Positions 17,870-25,187 of a DNA stretch of 54,186 bases are shown here, in pieces; positions within the stretch are counted from its first letter, which is position 1, and each line of letters begins with the position of its first letter. The notes beneath the pieces were generated by a model, which had not been told where the DNA came from, searched no databases, and saw only the letters and a program-made list of their open reading frames with translations. Source of the DNA: Desulfosporosinus sp. (GTDB taxonomy: Bacteria; Bacillota; Desulfitobacteriia; Desulfitobacteriales; Desulfitobacteriaceae); NCBI GenBank assembly GCA_050945735.1, contig JBMNTM010000001.1, forward strand, positions 1 through 54,186, written 5' to 3'. The position numbers were made by a program, and so were the translations under genes.

Positions 17870-17895
17870 CGGAACGGTTAAGACCGTTCCCGACA
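17870..17895. repeat. REP-like palindrome, copy 1
   Basis: GGAACGGT-TAAG-ACCGTTCC, nearly identical to 39245-39266. Confidence 0.6.
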
Positions 17896-18052
17896 ATTTT
17901 ATGTTTGCCAACAAAATGACTACAATCATACATGTTGATAACCAACATTTAAGTATATAAGGAAAAGAAAGAGAAACAAGAGAAATAGCAGTAAGAAAGA
18001 GAAAATTGTTGAATTTTAGGGGTACATGCTCTTATAAATGGAAAAGAATTTA

Positions 18053-18081
18053 TTGCATATAGAGGAAAATCGTGCTAGCCT
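18053..18081 (+). promoter_or_regulatory. Candidate sigma-A promoter for the riboswitch leader
   Basis: TTGCAT-N17-TAGCCT with a TG extended -10. Confidence 0.35.
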
Positions 18082-18147
18082 TTTATAAACAATCATTGAA
18101 AGAAATATTTTCTACCATGCTTAAGTGATCATAAGATAAAGTAGTAC

Positions 18148-18220
18148 TACGGAAAGCGATGATCTGTGAGCACAAAATTGGGTGTCTGACTTACAGTAGC
18201 GAGTGACGTAATCGGCCGTA
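18148..18220 (+). ncRNA. c-di-GMP-II riboswitch aptamer
   Basis: P1 TACGG/CCGTA; GGAAA..TGA; stem CTGTGAG/CTTACAG; loop TTGGG with pseudoknot GTGTC/GACGT; 3' GAGT..AATCGGCC. Matches the class II c-di-GMP layout by eye. Confidence 0.8.
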
Positions 18221-18246
18221 TATTCAAACAATATACGGTCTTTTTT
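18214..18246 (+). terminator. Riboswitch expression-platform terminator
   Basis: GGCCGTATATT-CAAAC-AATATACGGTC-TTTTTT; its 5' arm overlaps the 3' strand of aptamer P1. Confidence 0.85.
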
Positions 18247-18264
18247 AATTTCTAATATAATACT

Positions 18265-18453
18265 TTATCTAAGGAGCAGTCCAGAAGGAAATCCGGAGCC
18301 AGAAGTAAAGGATGCAAGTCTCCCGAGCTGACGGCAAGGTATATAATCCGTCAAAAAATTGCCCTTATTCATATTGTTATACGGCAGCTTAGGAGATGAC
18401 AACTCTCTGCACTTTTGGGATGGGCCTCGCAAGTGGGAAAGAGAGGCAGATAA
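18265..18453 (+). ncRNA. Unassigned multi-stem structured leader RNA
   Basis: Nested pairings TTATCT/AGATAA, GCA(G)TCC/GGATGC, TCTCC/GGAGA + GAGC/GCTT, TGACGG/CCGTCA, TGCC/GGCA, CTCTCT/AGAGAG + CACTT/AAGTG. Confidence 0.55.
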
Positions 18454-18544
18454 TATTTAAGGGAGGTGTGAGGGCAACAAACTAATTCGGCAGGTATGCT
18501 TAAAAAATAAAGAGGAGTGTATTAAACGAAAGGAAGGATGTAAT

Positions 18545-19333
18545 ATGACAACCAAACTAAGAAGAACATTAATAGTTTGTGCCCTGCTCTTAATCGTCTG
18601 CCTGATTTCCACAGCTATGCTGTCGGGTACATTTGCCAAGTACACCAGTGAATATGCCGGTCAGGATACCGCGCTGGTGGCAAGATGGAGCTTTACGAGT
18701 GATTCAATTACTAGTGGAACACATGATAATCCAATGGAACTTGCGATTTGGGAGCATGTTTACGCAACAAACATTTATCAAAAAACCGCCGGTGGCGACT
18801 ATCTAATTGCTCCTGGAATACAGGGATCATTTACAGTTGATTTTTCCTATGATGCAGATGTGGATGCGGATCTTACATTAAACTTTACCAAGTCTGGAGA
18901 TGGATCCACATTAGTACCGCTTCAGTATTCATTAGATCAAAATTTTACGGAGATATATTATAGCTTGGATGCTCTTGAAAATGCCCTTATTACCACAGCA
19001 ACTACGGATTCAACATCGAAAATAACGGGCGGGAATGGAACGTATGTTGTTACTAATACAGCTACAGCTAGGGAAGGTAAAGTAAACCCCAGCCCTATTT
19101 CAATTGAGCAGACAGTATATTGGAGATGGCCGTATGATGTAAGTCAGCATGATAATGCTAAACTATTAGCAACCCCCGCCGAGGAGATTATCCGACCGCA
19201 AAATAACGACTCATGGACAGATGCTGATGACGTTAGAGCCGGCAATTCGTCACATGGTAAAGGACTCACCCGTGATAGTTATGTTCTGCAGTTAGATGTT
19301 AAGGCAGTACAAAAAGAGCCTGCTAAAGAATAA
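18545..19333 (+). CDS. Secreted SipW-class signal peptide protein, putative major TasA/CalY-like fibre subunit
   Basis: Signal ending GTFA|KY; ALVARW; IAPG..G.F; VYWRWPY; C-terminal VKAVQ; first gene of the sipW operon. Confidence 0.7.
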   Translation: MTTKLRRTLIVCALLLIVCLISTAMLSGTFAKYTSEYAGQDTALVARWSFTSDSITSGTHDNPMELAIWEHVYATNIYQKTAGGDYLIAPGIQGSFTVDFSYDADVDADLTLNFTKSGDGSTLVPLQYSLDQNFTEIYYSLDALENALITTATTDSTSKITGGNGTYVVTNTATAREGKVNPSPISIEQTVYWRWPYDVSQHDNAKLLATPAEEIIRPQNNDSWTDADDVRAGNSSHGKGLTRDSYVLQLDVKAVQKEPAKE

Positions 19334-19351
19334 GAATCTACTACACTTTAG

Positions 19352-19383
19352 TTTTACAAGAGAGCTGCGGCTCTCTTGCAGAG
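19352..19383 (+). promoter_or_regulatory. Stem-loop without U-tract after the first operon gene (putative mRNA stabiliser/attenuator)
   Basis: CAAGAGAGC-TGCG-GCTCTCTTG, with no following T run. Confidence 0.55.
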
Positions 19384-19450
19384 GGCACTTAGCAGAGGCT
19401 TGATAGGTCATAGGTGCTTTGTGCAGGGCAGCCGCACTGGAGGTGAGAGC

Positions 19451-20680
19451 ATGGATCACGCGCATAACCGTAAGAACAGGATACTGCTGGCCATAATAAC
19501 CATGATTATTACTTATATAGCTGTATCAGTCTACGGGGTGATCCACGATATGGCTACAACCTCGACGGTGTTTACCATTTCTTCCGGTCTCCCTCCGGTG
19601 GAAAGTGTCGAGAGGGCAACTCCTTTCCTGGAAAAAATCAAGCACTACTTTTTCCCCCAGGCTAAGATGATCGTGCCGATAGAGAAAAAAGTAAACATTA
19701 AGGGCAGAGTTGTCTATACCAATGGAAATCCCTACGCCGAGGGACTGGTAGAGCTGCGCAGTGAACCGCGTCATACCTACACTGACCTTGAGGGATACTT
19801 TATTTTTGAAAATGTTGAGGATGGGGAGCATACCGTTAGCATACTCGACCAAAATCGGAACGTGCTGGCTTCTTGCGGGGTGATTATTAACCGCAATATC
19901 GGGATTGCCGATGTCATTCTGGTGCAGACAGATGTGAACACTTATATACTGGAGGTAGCGGTAGATGTACAAGTGCTGGAGATAGTTCTCGAAATCGAGC
20001 GTGACAATAACGGCCAGCCCAGCGGGCAGTTGATTATCAAGCCCGAAGTGCAGGTGCGGGAACGTTATCCCTCGGGAGAGCAACCTGATGCCCCCGATAA
20101 GGGGGATGAACTTCCCGCGCCTGATTCTCCTGCAACTCCGTCTGCAACTCCGCCTGAGACACCGCCCGCAACTCCGCCGGGGTCTTCCGCAGGTTCTCCT
20201 CCAGGAACTTCCGAAGACAATGCACTGACAGTCTATAGTACCGTGGATACCAGGAACTTTGCGCGGGTGCCGTCTCCGGCCGCCGATATCAATGTCTTCG
20301 GCAACGGCAAACGAATTGCTCCCGGCATGAGCGGAGAGTATAAATTCACAATTGATAATAGGGCCAACCCGTTTGCTATATATTATGATATAGATTTGGT
20401 TGAAACGAATAATTCCCTCAATATTCCGCTCAAATACCGTTTATATAACAATAATACCAACCGTTATGTCAATGGAGATGCCGACTGGCATACGATCGCT
20501 CAAATCAGGGAGGTCACTGCCAACCCTGTGGTACCGTTAAGCATGAATGATTCGATGAAGACCGACTATACCCTGGAATGGTTCTGGGAGGATCGCGGCA
20601 GCATCGATAACCGCTACGCCGCACATGCGGGTGAAGTAGCATGTACGCTGGCAATCCGGGTTTCCGCCCAGAGAAAATAG
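19451..20680 (+). CDS. Membrane-anchored protein: N-terminal TM, carboxypeptidase-regulatory-like domain, Pro-rich linker, C-terminal subunit-like domain
   Basis: IKGRVVYTNG.P..G..V..TDLEGYF.FENV..GEHTV; PATPSATPPETPPATPP; IAPGMSGEYKFTI..YTLEWFW..VSAQ; ATG 19451 after GGAGG. Confidence 0.7.
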   Translation: MDHAHNRKNRILLAIITMIITYIAVSVYGVIHDMATTSTVFTISSGLPPVESVERATPFLEKIKHYFFPQAKMIVPIEKKVNIKGRVVYTNGNPYAEGLVELRSEPRHTYTDLEGYFIFENVEDGEHTVSILDQNRNVLASCGVIINRNIGIADVILVQTDVNTYILEVAVDVQVLEIVLEIERDNNGQPSGQLIIKPEVQVRERYPSGEQPDAPDKGDELPAPDSPATPSATPPETPPATPPGSSAGSPPGTSEDNALTVYSTVDTRNFARVPSPAADINVFGNGKRIAPGMSGEYKFTIDNRANPFAIYYDIDLVETNNSLNIPLKYRLYNNNTNRYVNGDADWHTIAQIREVTANPVVPLSMNDSMKTDYTLEWFWEDRGSIDNRYAAHAGEVACTLAIRVSAQRK

Positions 20681-20694
20681 AAGGATGGGATAAA

Positions 20695-21216
20695 TTGGCG
20701 CTAAACGGGAAACGAATACTGGTTAATTGCGTAAAATATGGTTTGTTTATTTTTTTAAGCCTGGTGATCTTAATCAATTTTTACCTGGGAATTAATAAAG
20801 CGGTTACGCATAATCCAGTACCCAAATTTTTGGGGATCGCTCCCTTGGTTGTGATGTCCGGTTCCATGGAGCCGGCGATTATGCCCGGGGATGTGGTAGT
20901 AATTCGGGAACAGCCCTCCTCCCGGTATCAGATCGGTGATGTGGTAACTTACTCCAGTGGTGCAATAATTTATACCCACCGCATTGTGGGCGAAGAAAAC
21001 GGTGTCTTTATCCTCAAAGGGGATAGCAACAACGTAGCTGATGATACCGTGGCGCCCGGCCAATTGTTAGGCAAGGTACTATTTAGAATCCCGAAAATCG
21101 GAGTAGCCGTTTTATTTTTTAAAACCCCGCTGGGGATCGCCGTGTTGCTCATACTCTTAGTCCTTTGCCTCTACGGCGAAGAAATTTATCAAAGGATACG
21201 CAGGCCGGTGAACTAA
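20695..21216 (+). CDS. sipW: Signal peptidase I, SipW/ER type (S26B)
   Basis: VMSGSMEP (catalytic Ser), GDVV, YTHRIV (His), KGDSN..D, C-terminal TM; TTG start inferred at 20695. Confidence 0.9.
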   Translation: MALNGKRILVNCVKYGLFIFLSLVILINFYLGINKAVTHNPVPKFLGIAPLVVMSGSMEPAIMPGDVVVIREQPSSRYQIGDVVTYSSGAIIYTHRIVGEENGVFILKGDSNNVADDTVAPGQLLGKVLFRIPKIGVAVLFFKTPLGIAVLLILLVLCLYGEEIYQRIRRPVN

Positions 21217-21308
21217 ATAAGGGTCTATGGATGAAACCGGCAATTGTAGTGACCTTAATAGTGACCTTAAATGAAGGGTCATCGAATAGGGCAAAGGAAG
21301 GATAATTG

Positions 21309-22285
21309 ATGAAGCTTTTTAAAACAATATTGCTTGTTCTGGCATTGGCAGCAGGGAGCTTATCAGCTATTTCATTCACTTTGGCCCGCTATTCAGATGA
21401 AGGCAGCGGTTCGGGCAAGGCGCTGATTGCTAAGTGGGGCTTCAGTGCCGGGGTCACGCCCGATACCCTTCAAACACGAAGCTTCAGCTTTGATGTTTTT
21501 AATGGGCAGCAGCTGGCGCCGCAGGATAGGGGGGAAAACAGCTTTTTCGTATCGGGCGGGCAATCTATGTGGCTATCGATTATCAGATTTACCTGAATAT
21601 GAATGCGCTGCAGGTCGATATTGACGCGGCTGTTCAGGGGAATCAATATCCCCCCCTGATTTTTTATATTGACAGTTCACAGGTTGGTCAGCTGGTGACG
21701 ATCCACCCGCCCTATGACACCTGGTTTTCCTTAACGGAGATTGCTGCCGACAGTGAAGGCTTCTTTAAAGTGGCCTCCGGGCATATAGCCAATGAACCGG
21801 CAAACCAGCTGGTAGATATCACCGTCCACTGGTGGTGGAACACTTCCTTCTCAGTGGGAACCCCAAATGCGGATCCCACTCCCGGTGAGGATTATTATGC
21901 TCTGGCCTTGGCGGAATATCAAGATCTGGTTGCTGCTTACAACGACCAAGTCAATGAAGCTAATGCCTTTTTCACTCAGCATGAGCGCATATTAAGTATG
22001 GTTGATGGGGTGGAGGAGATTAGCTATAGCTGTGGGGAGGAGTGCCCGATCACCCAAGGGGCCGGCGGAGATATTGATGCTGCCCACCAGGCTACTCACG
22101 CTGCTCTGGTGGCGGACGCAGGTCAGGCCCTGGACGCTGTCAATAGTTCTTTAAAGAGTCAATACGATGCTTACGATACCAACGCGGTAGCTTTTTTGAA
22201 AAGCTTGGAGCACAGTGAGCAGCCGGGGGTTTTGATTAAGGTGGTTGGCAGTCAGGCTGCTCCGGTTGCTGATAGTGAGGGATAA
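21309..22285 (+). pseudogene. SipW-class secreted subunit split by a 1-nt frameshift (ORFs 21306-21596 and 21569-22285)
   Basis: 5' part has signal FTLA|RY, ALIAKW and LAPQDRGE..F; 3' part continues VAIDY..PLIF..VHWWW..VVGSQ in another frame; adding one base near 21567 gives a ~325-aa protein. Confidence 0.7.
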
Positions 22286-22893
22286 TGCGTATGAAGTTAT
22301 GGCAGAAATATTTATATTTGATCACTATGCTGTTATTGGTAGCCATAATATCCTCCGGTATGTCATTTTCACGCTATTCCTCTACTGTGTTCAACACTGG
22401 GGATTACTCGGGTCCTCTGATTCCGGTTGAAGAATATGGCCTTGTGGTCACCTGGGATCCCCGCGCCGACACGGTCCCTCCCGGCTACGGATTGCAGTAT
22501 CCGGGTATAACCGATCAGAACTATAATTTTACCCTCAAAAACACCAAAGACACTGCTTTGAATTATACGCTCAATATCGGCCTGAGCTGGAGTGAGGATA
22601 CCCCGGTTGTCGGGCTGAATGTGCCCCTGGTCATGGAATTATACATTGTAAATACGGATACGGATGAGGGTGAATCCCTTACTCCGGTGGCCTTAACGAC
22701 CTCGCCGGGCAGCCCGGCCGGCATGCAAGTTATGCATCACACCCAGCCTGCGGTGATCAGCGGCAACGAGCTGATTAATTATCGCATGCTCTGGAGCTGG
22801 GGAACCGGCCCTGCGGATAGAAATTACCATTTTGCCAATAAGAAAATAGAAGTTACGGTAAATGTCAACGCTGAGCAAAGAATTGAGGAATAG
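22285..22893 (+). CDS. Secreted SipW-class signal peptide protein, putative minor subunit
   Basis: Signal ending MSFS|RY; YPG....FTLKN..DTALNY; YRMLWSW; C-terminal VNAEQ. Confidence 0.7.
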   Translation: MRMKLWQKYLYLITMLLLVAIISSGMSFSRYSSTVFNTGDYSGPLIPVEEYGLVVTWDPRADTVPPGYGLQYPGITDQNYNFTLKNTKDTALNYTLNIGLSWSEDTPVVGLNVPLVMELYIVNTDTDEGESLTPVALTTSPGSPAGMQVMHHTQPAVISGNELINYRMLWSWGTGPADRNYHFANKKIEVTVNVNAEQRIEE

Positions 22894-22943
22894 GCTGGGC
22901 AATAGATTTAGGCTTATTTTATAGGTAGAGGAAGGGAGCAGCG

Positions 22944-24341
22944 GTGTTCCGACCTAATTTTCAAACTGGGTTTAGAGATAAGCAAACGCGAAAAGGCGCC
23001 GGCAGATTGCGCCGCGCGTTACTAATGTGTGTGCTCTGCGCGGTGGCGCTGATCGCCAGTTTTACGCCTATCCCTACCTACTCCCGTTATGTGGTAAATT
23101 TGTCAGACTCTTTTACCCTGTACACCACTGAGTTTTATCTGGTGCCCTCACTAGCCTTAAGCGAGCTTACTGTCGATAGGACGGAGAGCTTTTTTACGCA
23201 GGGAAACGATTTTTCCGTGGCAAATTACATTGACAGCAAGAGTACCACTGCGGATACTGTCTTTACAATCGCTTTGGAAGAAGAGCACCCGACCGGTCTT
23301 TTTGACCTTTATATGGAGGGAACCGAAGGGAAAATCCCCTGTCCCAATAATACTATTAGCGGAACTTTGCACGGGGGAATAGCCGATAGTGAGACCTACA
23401 GGCTCTATTTTAAGCTAAAGGATCCTGCCACTCCGGAAGGCAATTACCCGGTCAATATCAGGCTGACCTCTTCCGAGCCATATATACGCAGCTATCTCTT
23501 CACAATAAACATCCAGGTTCCCGGTAGTTTGATTAAGATTGGAGATACGGAAATATATAGGCCTAATGTCGAAATCCCCGCCGGTGAGGTCATGGTGTTT
23601 AAGGATCATGGCTATGAGTTTTTAACGGTTGATGATCTGCTGATTCCCTTAGTTGTTAACCAGGAAGTTGAAAGGCGTGGTAGACCGGATTTAGTTGGCG
23701 GTTCACTGTATGTTCCTGCTTCCATCGGCGATTTGCTGGTGGATAGTTACTGGCCCAATGATGTCATCAACTGGGATGTGGAAGGACATATTATCCTAGA
23801 ACCTGATATAGAAATTAAAAAGGATAGCGAGGTTAACATGTTATCTCACAGAGGGGATATTATTCTAAATGGTACGATTATTTCGGGACAGCCCGAGCCG
23901 TATAAAGTGTGTATTAAAGCCAACGAGGGGACAATACACGCCAACGGGACAAAAATTTTCTCCAAAGCCGATATCAATGGGGAGATAGGAGCTGAGTTAA
24001 CCTCGGCAGGCGATCGTGGGATCAGCATTCACTCTGTCCAAATTGATCTGACCCGAGGCGCGAATGAGCACACATGCCTCAATAGCCAGGGATTGATTAA
24101 TTTAGATCAAGCAACGATAGCCGGTAAAGGCAATATTAGTATTAACTCGTATGAAGATATCTCTATCGTATCATCCCAGATCAGTGCTTCGGCGTGGGGG
24201 ATGGGAATACAGTTTAAATCAAGTGGGTTAAACCGTATCCTGTGGGTAGCAAACGCAATTTTGAACGCCAATTCAATCACCGCGCAAAATCTTACGGTTA
24301 ACGGTACCCCAGCCAGCGGCAGCATCACCGTCACTCCTTAA
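22944..24341 (+). CDS. Large secreted SipW-class protein, putative tip/adhesin subunit
   Basis: Signal ending PTYS|RY; N-terminal beta-rich domain; C-terminal Gly/Ile/Asn/Ser-rich repeats (G.I.L..A.I) suggest a beta-solenoid. Confidence 0.6.
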   Translation: MFRPNFQTGFRDKQTRKGAGRLRRALLMCVLCAVALIASFTPIPTYSRYVVNLSDSFTLYTTEFYLVPSLALSELTVDRTESFFTQGNDFSVANYIDSKSTTADTVFTIALEEEHPTGLFDLYMEGTEGKIPCPNNTISGTLHGGIADSETYRLYFKLKDPATPEGNYPVNIRLTSSEPYIRSYLFTINIQVPGSLIKIGDTEIYRPNVEIPAGEVMVFKDHGYEFLTVDDLLIPLVVNQEVERRGRPDLVGGSLYVPASIGDLLVDSYWPNDVINWDVEGHIILEPDIEIKKDSEVNMLSHRGDIILNGTIISGQPEPYKVCIKANEGTIHANGTKIFSKADINGEIGAELTSAGDRGISIHSVQIDLTRGANEHTCLNSQGLINLDQATIAGKGNISINSYEDISIVSSQISASAWGMGIQFKSSGLNRILWVANAILNANSITAQNLTVNGTPASGSITVTP

Positions 24342-24362
24342 CAGAACGACACCGGACTTGCT

Positions 24363-24437
24363 AAAGGATCACCATAATTATCTCGAATACCATTTGTTGG
24401 TACATATTTGGTATTATGATGATATTGGTGATCCTTT
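24363..24437. repeat. Long imperfect inverted repeat at the end of the sipW operon
   Basis: AAAGGATCACCA...TGGTGATCCTTT outer arms with inner AATACCA/TGGTATT. Confidence 0.65.
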
Positions 24438-24604
24438 CTACTGAGGATGTGCCAGGGATGATCACTTCACCTTCGTATTCCGCTTGTATAGAAGGTTTTC
24501 GTTTTGTTTTAAATAACTTGAAAAGTACTGTTAATAGCTTGAAAAATGCTATGCTACGGTAGGAAATTATGATAAAATTTCGGGTGTGACAAGGAAGTGA
24601 TAAT

Positions 24605-25051
24605 TTGGCAGGAATTTGGGTATTGCATGGCCCGAATTTAAACTTGTTAGGCTTGCGTGAACCGGAGCATTACGGGTCGCGTACCTTAGCGGAGATTAAT
24701 AAGGCAGTGTTAGCAATAGCGAATCAGATGGGGATTCAGGCGGAATGCCGGCAAACAAATCATGAAGGAGAGCTCCTGGATTGGATCCAAGCTTTAACGC
24801 CGGATGATTTTTTAATTTTAAACCCTGGGGCTTGGACGCATACAAGTTATGCCATTCGTGATGCTATTAGTGCGGTAAAGGTTCCAACGCTGGAGGTTCA
24901 TCTTTCGAACATACATGCACGTGAAGCATTTCGGGCCAATTCAGTGATTGCTCCTGCCTGTATCGGACAAGTATCCGGACTGGGAGCAGATAGTTATCTT
25001 TTCGCGATGCGTTATGCAGTTGAGTATCAGAAACGACGCAAAAAGGCATAA
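24605..25051 (+). CDS. aroQ: Type II 3-dehydroquinate dehydratase
   Basis: HGPNLNLLGLREPEHYG, QTNHEG, NPGAWTHTS, EVHLSN..AREAFR. Confidence 0.96.
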   Translation: MAGIWVLHGPNLNLLGLREPEHYGSRTLAEINKAVLAIANQMGIQAECRQTNHEGELLDWIQALTPDDFLILNPGAWTHTSYAIRDAISAVKVPTLEVHLSNIHAREAFRANSVIAPACIGQVSGLGADSYLFAMRYAVEYQKRRKKA

Positions 25052-25052
25052 C

Positions 25053-25175
25053 GGCGATATTCGGACTTCGGACCTTGCTCCGATATTCGAAGTCCGATAT
25101 TCGAAGCCTGATGTTTAAGTATTCTATTTGTAACACGCACCACGAATCACGCACCAAACATCAACGTACAACGAA
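25053..25175 (+). repeat. Degenerate heptamer arrays, partly inverted
   Basis: TTCGGAC x2; TCCGATA TTCGAAG x2 (complementary to the first set); CACGCAC CACGAAT CACGCAC before the RBS. Confidence 0.7.
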
Positions 25176-25187
25176 AGGGGGAAAGGC

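Noticed and set aside
17930-18005. Short palindrome ATGTTG-N5-CAACAT and a purine-rich tract upstream of the riboswitch
   Set aside because: Too short or low in complexity to support a specific call without comparative data
18265-18453. SAM-I riboswitch, because TTATC...GATAA resembles the S-box P1
   Set aside because: The core S-box motifs (GAGGGA..GGCCC, GCAACC, GTGC.AA.TCC) are absent and the downstream genes are unrelated to sulfur metabolism
18247-18544. Group I intron coupled to the c-di-GMP-II riboswitch, as in C. difficile
   Set aside because: No recognisable P7/J8-7 core sequences, and the riboswitch already has a terminator platform
21529-21540. Programmed -1 ribosomal frameshift at GGGGGGAAAAC
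   Set aside because: The heptamer is not in the X XXY YYZ phase of the upstream frame, and paralog similarity continues past it in the original frame
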